IMG/VR virus record: IMGVR_UViG_2799112846_000001
Coordinates: 1-64,000 of that record
DNA: 64,000 nucleotides
Strand: one strand, 5' to 3'
Source of the DNA: an uncultured virus (IMG/VR IMGVR_UViG_2799112846_000001)
Lineage: Duplodnaviria; Heunggongvirae; Uroviricota; Caudoviricetes
Both the position numbers and the translations under genes were made by a program. This document shows, piece by piece, positions 38,214 to 47,557 of the stretch. The notes below the pieces were generated by a model. It worked only from the letters and a program-made list of their open reading frames with translations, ran no database searches and was not told the DNA's origin. Numbering within the stretch: the stretch's first letter is position 1; every line of letters starts with the position of its first letter.

Positions 38214-38530
38214 TGCTTAAAAATATTTCTACTGTAGGTCGAAGTCATTATAGTTCGTTGCACAGATGCGCAAGCGCACGTATATATAAAAGAGGACTTA
38301 ATTATAATAAATTAACATATGCACAAATATTCATATGATACTGTTGGTAGAAAAATCTGGATAAAAAGCATGGATAAACTGATTTTTTGCATATGTGAAA
38401 ACGTGCAAAAAGCTAGTATTTTAGCGTGTTTACAAGCGTTTTAACGTGTCTTTTTTGCACGTTTTCTACTATTATATAGCAAATCATAAAAACAGCTTTA
38501 AAACGCTTTAAAACGTGTTGGATAAATCAA

Positions 38531-38596
38531 TGACAGAATATTGATATAAGATGACAGATATTTGATATTTACAAACTTTTTTATCCACACTATACT
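38531..38596 (+). promoter_or_regulatory. cassette promoter with tandem ACAGA boxes (copy 1; others near 39147, 40946, 41858, 44553, and inverted at 44476-44540)
   Basis: Two ACAG boxes 20-21 nt apart, then TTTACA-17-TATACT. Confidence 0.7.
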
Positions 38597-38720
38597 TTAC
38601 TTAAAGAATATATCACGACATTGATAGGTTGTAGGATACAACTTCGATACAGAAGGACTTCCAAAGGAAGCCAACTACTACAGTTTATTAAAATAAAAGT
38701 GATAAGGAAAGGAGAATATT

Positions 38721-39146
38721 ATGAAACTATTAACAGAGAGAACAGAAATTGCCACGGCTATGAACTTTGGAAAGTATCCAGTATTAACACTTAATATGGA
38801 AGACCATGATGGATTTGAAGATACTACATATTGTATAGGATGTAATGTGCGTGTAGCTTTTGATACTAAGAATCATGGACAGCTACATACAGAAGGACAT
38901 ATCTATCTTGAAGGTGGAAAGGTGTGCATTTCTAATAATGCAGTATGCATACATAGCGACTTTGGATATAGTGATGTGATGGAAATGGCTAAGTGGGCAA
39001 ATACACCAATGCTTCACGCTGGACAGGAAGTAGTTGTAGTATTCGATTGGCCAACTGAGAGAGGTTGTGTAGTTAGAATGATGAAAGTTGGAGAAAGAAT
39101 TGACCCACATTGTATGACAGTTACTACTTTGGAAGATATTGACTGA
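38721..39146 (+). CDS. hypothetical protein
   Basis: SD GAAAGGAG. Confidence 0.75.
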   Translation: MKLLTERTEIATAMNFGKYPVLTLNMEDHDGFEDTTYCIGCNVRVAFDTKNHGQLHTEGHIYLEGGKVCISNNAVCIHSDFGYSDVMEMAKWANTPMLHAGQEVVVVFDWPTERGCVVRMMKVGERIDPHCMTVTTLEDID

Positions 39147-39262
39147 TGACAGAAAATTGATATAAAAGACAGAAATTGCTTATATACAACAATATTTTAC
39201 CACTATATACTTTAAGTATAAAGAAAAGCACAGAACAAGTGTAAAGAAAGGAGATTAAGGAT

Positions 39263-39601
39263 ATGAGAACAAACATGAACTATACAAATGAGATACTTGG
39301 AGGTTATCTTATGGATAACAATGAAGTAAATGAGGAGTATCTTGCAGAGGAGATTATAGACTATGGAGATGGAAAGGAGCATCTATATAATGACTGCTTC
39401 AATACTAGGAGAAAGACTAGAAATGTAGCAATTAACTGGATGATGGATTTCATCAATGACAAGCTACAGGATTGGGGCTATCGTGGATACTACGCTACAA
39501 ATAAGCAGGTAATGAAGTTCGATAAGGAACATGGAAATAGCTTAGAGCGTATGCTGGATATTGTTGAAGCACATATTAAGGAAGAAAGAGAGGAGGCATA
39601 G
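39263..39601 (+). CDS. hypothetical protein
   Basis: SD AGAAAGGAG. Confidence 0.7.
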   Translation: MRTNMNYTNEILGGYLMDNNEVNEEYLAEEIIDYGDGKEHLYNDCFNTRRKTRNVAINWMMDFINDKLQDWGYRGYYATNKQVMKFDKEHGNSLERMLDIVEAHIKEEREEA

Positions 39602-39605
39602 CATT

Positions 39606-39875
39606 ATGACAAAGGCAGAAAAGCAGAAGTATTTGGAAAAGAAATATATTGGGTATTATTCAGGATGGTCAGGAATCGAGATAAAGGATATTCAGTATGG
39701 AATAGATGATTATATCATCTTTGTAGCTGGAGCTTGGTACGGTAAGAAGTCTGTACATAAGAGCAAAGTATATTATACAGTTGGAATGAAGCCACCTTAT
39801 GGAGACAGTAGAGCGTATTTTAGATATAATGGAAATCGTATATATCTGGATGAATGTATTAGAGCAGGAATATAA
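39606..39875 (+). CDS. hypothetical protein
   Basis: SD GAGGAGG. Confidence 0.7.
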   Translation: MTKAEKQKYLEKKYIGYYSGWSGIEIKDIQYGIDDYIIFVAGAWYGKKSVHKSKVYYTVGMKPPYGDSRAYFRYNGNRIYLDECIRAGI

Positions 39876-39887
39876 GGGGGTGATAAC

Positions 39888-40331
39888 GTGGTAGAATATC
39901 TTACTCCAGAGATGCTGACTGCACTCATTGGAATAACTATACAAGAACGTAGTGATATGGAAGAATATAAGAAAAGAGGAAAAGGTCGTGTCATTCCGGA
40001 AATAAACAAACGTGGATACATCACTATGAATTATGCAGAATGGCTATGTAAGTATCTAAGACGTAAAATGAAAAATGGAGGACTGCTTAATCTACGAGCT
40101 ACAATAAATGCTTTGGAAAACACTGATTGGGCATATCACAGTTACAATCACTTGGCATATGCAACTAATGAGGATTTGAGTCGTATGCTTTTAAAGAACA
40201 AGTTTAAATATATGGACCCGGAAAATGCAAAGACTAGACTGGAAATGCTAGATGAGCAGGCAGAGTATTTAAGTAGAGCTACAACATGGTTAATAGGAGA
40301 ATTAGAAGGAATATTAGAAGGAGATAAATAA
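39888..40331 (+). CDS. hypothetical protein
   Basis: SD AAGGGGGTG; GTG start. Confidence 0.65.
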   Translation: MVEYLTPEMLTALIGITIQERSDMEEYKKRGKGRVIPEINKRGYITMNYAEWLCKYLRRKMKNGGLLNLRATINALENTDWAYHSYNHLAYATNEDLSRMLLKNKFKYMDPENAKTRLEMLDEQAEYLSRATTWLIGELEGILEGDK

Positions 40332-40332
40332 T

Positions 40333-40617
40333 ATGGCATATGGATTTAAGACGTTAGAAAATAAATATGGAATAACAGTAGTTGATGAGGGTGAGTTTTA
40401 TCACCCTCTCAAGAAATATTGGATAAAGACGTATAAGATTATATCAGCGGACGGATGTGTTTGGGAGAGAGGCTTACATGGTAGAGATGCTGTAAAAAGG
40501 GAAATATTAGCATGGGCAGACCATCTGTTAGCAATTAAAAATGGAACAGCTAAAGTACATAATATATCCGAAGCATATGCAGAGATATTAGGAAAAGATT
40601 ATATTAAGGAGGATTAG
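40333..40617 (+). CDS. hypothetical protein
   Basis: SD AAGGAG. Confidence 0.7.
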   Translation: MAYGFKTLENKYGITVVDEGEFYHPLKKYWIKTYKIISADGCVWERGLHGRDAVKREILAWADHLLAIKNGTAKVHNISEAYAEILGKDYIKED

Positions 40618-40621
40618 AACT

Positions 40622-40942
40622 ATGACAGCATATGGAAGAGAGTTAGACCGGGCAGTAAATATTCAGTTAATGATAGATAGAATTAAGCAAGAAGCAGAGG
40701 ACATGGAACAACTTGCAACTATGATAGGAGCGGAAGTACTAGCTCTGGCAGATTTATATATGGATAAGTATTATGAGATAACAATGTATCCTAAAGTGTT
40801 AGAGTTTCCGAATAAGGATTATGTAGCAGTGGGACAGATTGCAGTAACGGAAGAGGATTTTGATAATGATAATTATAAGTATATCATTCCATATTCAACT
40901 ATAGAGGATGGGGAATATGCAGTACATTATAAAGTTATGTAA
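40622..40942 (+). CDS. hypothetical protein
   Basis: SD AAGGAGG. Confidence 0.7.
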   Translation: MTAYGRELDRAVNIQLMIDRIKQEAEDMEQLATMIGAEVLALADLYMDKYYEITMYPKVLEFPNKDYVAVGQIAVTEEDFDNDNYKYIIPYSTIEDGEYAVHYKVM

Positions 40943-41058
40943 ACAACAGATATTTGATATAAAAGACAGTATGTTATGATTTACATACTGTCTTTTCCAC
41001 TATATAATATAATTAAGATAAACAATATGTAACGACATATTAAGAAAGGAGAACTAAT

Positions 41059-41517
41059 ATGAGAGGACATTATGAAACAACAAATAAGTGGGAAGTTTAT
41101 GAAGCAGGATTAGTTGAGACTGAGGACAGCTATCGAGTAAAAGTTGCTGAGAAGGAAATAGAAGTAGGAGATTTGATTACTACAATTCGTATTCCTGAAG
41201 AGCTAGAAGGAAAAGAGTTTGATGAGTATGTTATGGAACGTCTTATTGACAATACGTATATGCTTGTGGATGAAGCTCGTGGACATATCTATGTAGAGGG
41301 AGAAGACGGAGTAGTTATTGTTAGGGAAATAGAGACTGACAATCCAATATATGTTTTATTCCGACAGATAACATATAAAAAGCTAGATAAACAGACTGAG
41401 TTGAACCATAAGGTATATAATGCTTTAGGAGATATAGCATTTAAGACTGGATGCACTAAAGAGGAACTGGATACAGCCATTGCAAGTTTTAATAGAAAGT
41501 TTTATGAGGAGGTATAA
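41059..41517 (+). CDS. hypothetical protein
   Basis: SD AGAAAGGAG. Confidence 0.7.
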   Translation: MRGHYETTNKWEVYEAGLVETEDSYRVKVAEKEIEVGDLITTIRIPEELEGKEFDEYVMERLIDNTYMLVDEARGHIYVEGEDGVVIVREIETDNPIYVLFRQITYKKLDKQTELNHKVYNALGDIAFKTGCTKEELDTAIASFNRKFYEEV

Positions 41518-41521
41518 TATT

Positions 41522-41788
41522 ATGAAATATACGGAAGAATATAAAGCAATAAAAGATGGAAAGGATGTCACTGCGTTTGTAGAAAAGTATGGACTGATAG
41601 CTTTTCTTGATGAGTTTATGGAAGATGTAGAAGGCAGAAAAAAGCGTTATGAACAATGGAGAAAAGAAAATAAATGTTGCGAAAACTGCAAATGGAGAGA
41701 TGATGACGGTGTATGTGAGTATTGGGGAGATATAGTAGACACTGATTCTGTAGATGATGGCAAAGGAATATGTTCTGCTTGGAAATAA
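41522..41788 (+). CDS. hypothetical Cys-rich protein
   Basis: SD GAGGAGG; CCENCKW..C...C. Confidence 0.65.
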   Translation: MKYTEEYKAIKDGKDVTAFVEKYGLIAFLDEFMEDVEGRKKRYEQWRKENKCCENCKWRDDDGVCEYWGDIVDTDSVDDGKGICSAWK

Positions 41789-41801
41789 GCTGTTGTATAA
41801 A

Positions 41802-41851
41802 TTGCACAAAAGCACTGGAAAATGAAAAATCTGGTGCTTTTGTGCATTTTT
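41802..41851 (+). terminator. intrinsic terminator
   Basis: TGCACAAAAGCAC/GTGCTTTTGTGCA stem followed by a T-run. Confidence 0.7.
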
Positions 41852-41980
41852 ACTATATGACAGAAAATTGATACAATTCGCAGAAATTCGCTATATACAA
41901 GTACAAATGTCCACTGTATAATATAATTAGAAATAAAGAATAGATAACGATATAAGTTATCACAGAAAGGAGAAGTAGTT

Positions 41981-42184
41981 ATGAAGTACATAATGCTTGG
42001 AGAGTTTTCAATAATAAAAAATTATCAGGATGATATGGAAGTTAAAGTGTTGGCAGAAGTTGAAGCTGACAATGCAAAAGAAGCTAGGAAAATAGCTATG
42101 GAATTGGATGCTGTGAAAGAAGCAAGAAAGCAGGATAATCTTGAAGGACTTTATATTGAGTTAGCAGATTATAAGGAAGTGTAA
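41981..42184 (+). CDS. hypothetical protein
   Basis: SD AGAAAGGAG. Confidence 0.7.
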   Translation: MKYIMLGEFSIIKNYQDDMEVKVLAEVEADNAKEARKIAMELDAVKEARKQDNLEGLYIELADYKEV

Positions 42185-42324
42185 GAAAGGAGAATTAGTT
42201 ATGACTTTTAGAGATTGGTTAAATAAAACATTTTATGAGGATTTTGATGCAAGCGGACTTACTGATGAGGAATATTATGAACTGGAAGATTTATATTATG
42301 CAGAGATGGAAAAGGAGAACAGCT

Positions 42325-42678
42325 ATGACGAATAAGGAAATTATTGCAAATGAGCAGGAAAGATTAGTGGCTGAAGGAGTATTGAAATATACAGGAAGAG
42401 TTTTACAGCTAGAAATGGATGATGGTGAGATTCTTGAGATTAAAGAGATTCAGCCTATTCATACATACAATGCTTGGAAGTCTTTAGGCTACCAGGTAAA
42501 GAAAGGAGAAAAATGTGTGGCAAAGTTTCCTATTTGGAAGTATTCAACTAAGAAACGTAAGAATGAGGATACTGGAGAAAATGAAGAGGTTGTTGACGCA
42601 CTGCATGGACACTGCTTTATGAAGGTATCTGCCTTCTTTACAAATGAGCAGGTAGAAAAGATAGAGGAGGCTGAGTAG
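42325..42678 (+). CDS. ArdC-like ssDNA-binding domain protein (putative anti-restriction)
   Basis: HTYNAWKSLGYQVKKGEK...IW...FMK..AFF..EQV; SD AAAGGAG. Confidence 0.65.
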   Translation: MTNKEIIANEQERLVAEGVLKYTGRVLQLEMDDGEILEIKEIQPIHTYNAWKSLGYQVKKGEKCVAKFPIWKYSTKKRKNEDTGENEEVVDALHGHCFMKVSAFFTNEQVEKIEEAE

Positions 42679-42783
42679 ATGGCAAACATAGGATGGTTCA
42701 TAATAGCATTTATAATATATCTAATAAAGCGTGAGAATGGATTTAATATCATGTTAGAAAAATGTAGAAAGGAGATATAGATT

Positions 42784-43002
42784 ATGTATTTAGATGAGAA
42801 GGAAAAATGGTATAAAAGAATGATGGATGAAAGAGAAGAGCAGGACGGGGTTCTTCATCTTGAATATGAAATAAGTAATGGAAATAGATGCAATATCTAT
42901 AATACAAATGGACAAGCAATTCTTATGGGATTAACTTTAGAGCAAGCATATTGGGTAGTAATGGGAATCGAAAACTTTTGGTCAAAGATAGAAAGGAGAT
43001 AA
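42784..43002 (+). CDS. hypothetical protein
   Basis: SD AGAAAGGAG. Confidence 0.7.
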   Translation: MYLDEKEKWYKRMMDEREEQDGVLHLEYEISNGNRCNIYNTNGQAILMGLTLEQAYWVVMGIENFWSKIERR

Positions 43003-43006
43003 TACT

Positions 43007-43210
43007 ATGAGTTATGAAAGGAAAACATATGATGTCTATGAGATAATCACAGACTATGGATATGGAGAAGAAGTTGAAGCAACCTACGCAAGTGCGGCGG
43101 AGATGAGAGCAGACTATAAGATATATTTGGAAGAAAGAAGAAAAGGGTATTTGCCAAATCTAATATCTATTAGGGCAAGAAAACGTAGAGTAAGAAAGGA
43201 GATAGCATAA
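43007..43210 (+). CDS. hypothetical protein
   Basis: SD AGAAAGGAG. Confidence 0.7.
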   Translation: MSYERKTYDVYEIITDYGYGEEVEATYASAAEMRADYKIYLEERRKGYLPNLISIRARKRRVRKEIA

Positions 43211-43368
43211 TGGAGATTATTGTATTAAAAGATGGAACAAAGATTCCAGGAACACTGATTCATCAGTATGGCGCATATGAAGGCGGGATGAGATATATAT
43301 TTAAGACAACTATTGGAGAAATAAGATGTATTAAAAAAGATGGTAAGTATATAGAGTATGTAGCATAA
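43210..43368 (+). CDS. hypothetical protein (52 aa, not in ORF track)
   Basis: SD AGAAAGGAG; TAATG overlap. Confidence 0.6.
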   Translation: MEIIVLKDGTKIPGTLIHQYGAYEGGMRYIFKTTIGEIRCIKKDGKYIEYVA

Positions 43369-43389
43369 AAAGAAAGGAGAATTAAGATT

Positions 43390-43911
43390 ATGGAATTATC
43401 AGTAGCAAAATTAAATCGAGCATTGGAGTATTTTATAATCGGGGAGAATTATAAATATAGTCCATCACAGTTTATGTTTGATTATAAATCAGACAAGGAT
43501 TATGCCTATATTATTATAGATACTCACTATATAATCCGGGCCCCTAAAAAAGATTTGGAGTTAAATAAAGTATTAGAAGCAGATACACTATATCCTGCAA
43601 TAAAAAGGGATATAAATATAGAGCGTATGATAACATCAATAATGGAAGATAAAACTCACGTAGATTTTAAGTATAATGGACTAAAAGAAGTGGGTGCAGA
43701 TAATAAGGAGTTAGTAGAGTTTATTTCAGGTGATAATAAGAAATATATAAATCCTAAGTTCTTTAAACAATATTATAACCATAATATAATAGCAAATAAA
43801 ATACCAGATAATATAACATTCTCAGGTATGGCTTCATATAGACAGCCACTAATTATGTGGGAGAATGATGAAGCAATAGCAGTATTTATGCCAATAGATA
43901 TAGCTCAATAA
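43390..43911 (+). CDS. hypothetical protein
   Basis: SD AGAAAGGAG. Confidence 0.7.
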   Translation: MELSVAKLNRALEYFIIGENYKYSPSQFMFDYKSDKDYAYIIIDTHYIIRAPKKDLELNKVLEADTLYPAIKRDINIERMITSIMEDKTHVDFKYNGLKEVGADNKELVEFISGDNKKYINPKFFKQYYNHNIIANKIPDNITFSGMASYRQPLIMWENDEAIAVFMPIDIAQ

Positions 43912-44142
43912 AAAAAAATCGGCGGGATAATAAAGATAAGCAATAAGTAGGATAGATAGTTAGTATATATAAAAACTAATATATCTATCCTATTACAATA
44001 TACTGATATAATAAATAAAGTAAATAATAACAATTCACCATTAAGTATATAAAGTATATATAATATAGATAAATATTGCTTATATGGAATTTACACACTA
44101 GGAAACAGGAAATTCCCGTACAGACAGCAAGCGAAATATGAA

Positions 44143-44158
44143 TGTTCCACGTGAAACA
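44143..44158. promoter_or_regulatory. parS site 1 (ParB/Spo0J binding)
   Basis: TGTTCCACGTGAAACA matches the consensus TGTTNCACGTGAAACA. Confidence 0.9.
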
Positions 44159-44184
44159 TTTCAAGCTAAATATTGTTAGCAGGA

Positions 44185-44200
44185 TGTTCCACGTGAAACA
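44185..44200. promoter_or_regulatory. parS site 2
   Basis: Identical TGTTCCACGTGAAACA 42 nt downstream of site 1. Confidence 0.9.
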
Positions 44201-44264
44201 TTTTCTTCTATTATATATAGGTATTTTTATATAGTGAAAATAAATATGGTAAAGGACGAAGTCA

Positions 44265-44426
44265 TTAAAGTTCGTTGCGTGTGCGTGTAATATAAAAGGA
44301 GCGGGACTCTACCCCGCTCCCATTACATATGTGATGCTGTACATATGTATGTCTATGCATATATAGCAAGTTTACATAATATCCCGGGCAGTCGCCCAGG
44401 GGTTGGAGTTTCCATAATGTGTTCAT
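44265..44426 (-). CDS. small minus-strand ORF (53 aa)
   Basis: Minus-strand SD AGAAAGGAG (44433-41) and an inverted ACAG-box promoter; coding status uncertain. Confidence 0.4.
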   Translation of the reverse strand: MNTLWKLQPLGDCPGYYVNLLYMHRHTYVQHHICNGSGVESRSFYITRTRNEL

Positions 44427-44669
44427 ACTTTTCTCCTTTCTCATGTTCGTGAACATGCATATATTTCTACTATATATTATAACTTGGAGTTTACATAATT
44501 GATATATTAAAAAACTGTCATTTATATAAAGATTCTGTCATTTGAAAAGTTCACAGATATTCGATATAAATGACAGAATTATTGTATACTTATATAATTT
44601 TCCTTGATATAATAAAGTCAGAAAATAAATAAAAAAGTTTACAGCGCACAGCGCGGAAAGGAGTCTATT

Positions 44670-45077
44670 ATGACAAATAATATTTTTACAAAGGAAGTTT
44701 TAGCAAGATGCGAAGCAAATACAGTTAAGCTCACAACAGCACAGAAACTTGAATTACATCATGATTTAGTGCTTGACGTTTTAGCACAGTATGACAACAT
44801 TACTTATAAAGATGAGTATCAGCTTAATCCGAACACTAAAAAACATAAGTTCACAGTACAGGCGGAAGATTCAAATGCAAATATATTTGAAGTGTTCTAT
44901 ACTTCAAAAGATAAGTATCATGTATGCACTAGAATAAATCTTAGCAAATACAGCGAAGATGCACAGTATCACGAAAAATGGGATATGTTCTGGGATTTAT
45001 ATGTAGATACTAGCGACAGACTTTCAAAAGTACTAGATTTCATTTTTGAAGCGAACAACGCACAGCTAGAGGCATAA
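44670..45077 (+). CDS. hypothetical protein
   Basis: SD GAAAGGAG; own promoter and terminator. Confidence 0.7.
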   Translation: MTNNIFTKEVLARCEANTVKLTTAQKLELHHDLVLDVLAQYDNITYKDEYQLNPNTKKHKFTVQAEDSNANIFEVFYTSKDKYHVCTRINLSKYSEDAQYHEKWDMFWDLYVDTSDRLSKVLDFIFEANNAQLEA

Positions 45078-45090
45078 GTTTACATAATCA

Positions 45091-45126
45091 GCCCCCACTC
45101 GGGAAAAACGAGTGGGGGGATTTTTA
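45091..45126 (+). terminator. intrinsic terminator
   Basis: CCCCCACTCG/CGAGTGGGGG stem followed by a T-run. Confidence 0.8.
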
Positions 45127-45353
45127 TGTCTGGCTCCCTGTCGTTCTCAAAAAATACTGAGTAAAAACTTCAATGTATTGGGGCTCGATTTTCTACACAA
45201 TTAAGGGTCTTGTATTGTCTCGCAAAAAATACTGAGCAGTTCTATGATTGTATTGTCGCAAGAACTTCCATGATGCATCTGTATCATGGTCTTTTTTGCT
45301 TGTGAAAGTTTACATAACGTGATATATTGTTTTCATAGGGAGAATAAGAAGAT

Positions 45354-46655
45354 ATGATAAATATAAAGATGCAAGATTTAATAATACCTGCTTATGATGA
45401 AGTATTTAAAGATATTATGAATCATGGTCATACTCATTACTGTCTTAAAGGGGGTAGAGGTTCTACTAAGAGTTCATTTATCGGAGGTATTTCTATTCCG
45501 TTAGTTATTATGAATAACCCACTTGTTAATGCAGTGTGCTTTCGTAAAGTAGGCAATACTGTGCAGAATAGTATATATTCTCAGGTTACATGGGGAATAT
45601 ATCAAATGGGTTTGCAGGACTTGTTTCATATACCTAAGACTTACTCTAACCCTATTGTGTATAAGCCAACCGGGCAGAAGATATTCTTCATGGGTATGGA
45701 TGACCCTAATAAAGTAAAGTCTATCAAGGTTGAGAAGGGATATATAGGAATTACTTGGTGGGAAGAGCTAGACCAGTTTGCTGGCGAAGCGGAATTGCGT
45801 AAAGTATTGCAGTCTACCATGAGAGGTGGAGAGTTATTTTGGGACTTTCGTACTTTCAATCCACCTATTTCTATTGATAATTGGGCTAATGAGTATGCAG
45901 AAGAAAGTCTTGACAGAGAAAATACTCTTGTAGTGTCAAACACTTATTTGGATGTGCCTAAGTCGTGGCTAGGTCAGCCGTTCATAGAGGAAGCTGAGGA
46001 CCTCAAACGCATTAACGAGAAAGCATATCAGCATGAGTATTTAGGTATGCCGGTTGGAACTGGTGGTGGAGTATTTCCTAATGCTTGCGACCTCGATATG
46101 CGTCAGCAAGTACCTGTATATGACTTTGACGGAAATATACTTGAGTATACAGAGATGTGGAAGACTTTCGATAAGATTTATAACGGCATAGATTGGGGCT
46201 TTGCTAAGGACCCATTTAGATTTGTGCGTATGCATTATGACCCTAAGAAGCTGGATTTATATATCTTTAGAGAATACAGCACTGTGCAGACACGAAACCA
46301 GGTAGTTTTTGATACTCTGTATAATGAAAAGAAGATGATAGATAGAGCAGAGTTAGTTACTGCTGATAGCGCAGAGATGAAATCAGTAGCGGACTTTAAA
46401 GCATATGGAGCATATATACGAGGAGCAGTCAAAGGACCAGATTCTGTTAGATATGGTATAAAGTGGTTACAAGGTCTTAATCATATCTATATAGACAGAC
46501 GAATGTGCCCTAAGACTTACAAAGAGTTTACTCACTATGAGTATCTCCAAGACAGAGAAGGTAACTGGATTAGTGATTATCCAGATGAAAATAACCACAG
46601 CATAGACGCTACAAGGTACGCATTGGAAAGATATTGCAATAGACGAGGTAATTAA
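45354..46655 (+). CDS. terL: terminase large subunit (PBSX/SPP1-like)
   Basis: KGGRGSTKSS, WWEE, FNPP, GIDWGF, DSAE, NHSIDATRY. Confidence 0.95.
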   Translation: MINIKMQDLIIPAYDEVFKDIMNHGHTHYCLKGGRGSTKSSFIGGISIPLVIMNNPLVNAVCFRKVGNTVQNSIYSQVTWGIYQMGLQDLFHIPKTYSNPIVYKPTGQKIFFMGMDDPNKVKSIKVEKGYIGITWWEELDQFAGEAELRKVLQSTMRGGELFWDFRTFNPPISIDNWANEYAEESLDRENTLVVSNTYLDVPKSWLGQPFIEEAEDLKRINEKAYQHEYLGMPVGTGGGVFPNACDLDMRQQVPVYDFDGNILEYTEMWKTFDKIYNGIDWGFAKDPFRFVRMHYDPKKLDLYIFREYSTVQTRNQVVFDTLYNEKKMIDRAELVTADSAEMKSVADFKAYGAYIRGAVKGPDSVRYGIKWLQGLNHIYIDRRMCPKTYKEFTHYEYLQDREGNWISDYPDENNHSIDATRYALERYCNRRGN

Positions 46656-46658
46656 GAT

Positions 46659-46910
46659 ATGGCAAATAAAGCAACTGGAATCAAATCACGACGCAACAAG
46701 TCGTGGAAAGGACAAGACACATCAGGTGTCTACGGTGCGAATAAGCGAGGTAGCAGTAATCGAGGTAAGAATTATAATACCGGCGATAATACTCTAAAGA
46801 AAACAAAGGGTATTGATGATTTGCAGGGCGAGACTAAAGAGAAGCGTGGACGCACTAAAAGTAATGCACCTAGAGGTAAGAAGAAAGGTACAGGAAAGGG
46901 ACATAACTAA
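46659..46910 (+). CDS. small basic Gly/Lys/Arg-rich protein
   Basis: Composition; SD GAGG. Confidence 0.6.
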   Translation: MANKATGIKSRRNKSWKGQDTSGVYGANKRGSSNRGKNYNTGDNTLKKTKGIDDLQGETKEKRGRTKSNAPRGKKKGTGKGHN

Positions 46911-47557
46911 TGCCGCAGTTATTAAATACATCTGTAAGAGAATATATTGGTGTTGGTGAATATGACATACCAGCTATTCAGCCCGTATATGAGATGCCTA
47001 AGATAAATGATTGGTTAGAGTTTGAGAAAGCAAAGCGAGCCAGACATAAATCTAAAGCATCCGGAGTGCATTTCTTTGAGTATGATTTTAAGTTTGAGTG
47101 TGTATGGAATTTTCCAGATAGATATGTTGATGTATTGTCACAATATGGGGCTGTCATAACACCCGATTTTTCTTATTATATAGATTTTCCAAAAGCGTTA
47201 AGAGTCTTTAATAAATATCGTATGCATTGGATTACAGCATATTGGCAGGAGCGGGGCATTACAGTGATACCACTCATACGATACGGTTTGGAAGAAGATT
47301 GGGATTGGTGTTTCGACGGATACCCTATAGACAGTATTGTAGCAGTATCAGCAGTAGGTGGTGGAAAATCAGCAGAACACATAGAAGCCGGTATGCGTGG
47401 ATATGAAGAGATGCTGAAACGACTCCAACCAAGAGAGATACTTGTATATACTAATACATTTGATTATCTACCGGGTAATGTAACATACATAAAGTATGAT
47501 ATAGATAAGCACATAAAAGGTATTGACGATACAAATAAGGAGGAAGATGATGATTAG
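46910..47557 (+). CDS. DUF4417-like protein
   Basis: GEYDIP, GVHFF.YDFKFE.VWN.P, ITPDFSYY.D.P, WQERGITVIP, CFDG. Confidence 0.75.
   Translation: MPQLLNTSVREYIGVGEYDIPAIQPVYEMPKINDWLEFEKAKRARHKSKASGVHFFEYDFKFECVWNFPDRYVDVLSQYGAVITPDFSYYIDFPKALRVFNKYRMHWITAYWQERGITVIPLIRYGLEEDWDWCFDGYPIDSIVAVSAVGGGKSAEHIEAGMRGYEEMLKRLQPREILVYTNTFDYLPGNVTYIKYDIDKHIKGIDDTNKEEDDD

Noticed and set aside
38240..38258. LexA (Cheo) box in the 20-mer repeat
   Set aside because: The half-sites are 8 nt apart rather than the 4 nt of CGAAC-N4-GTTCG.
38500..44620. Spo0A boxes at the cassette promoters (phi29-like repression)
   Set aside because: TGACAGAA resembles but does not match TGNCGAA; the exact matches I saw were within coding regions.
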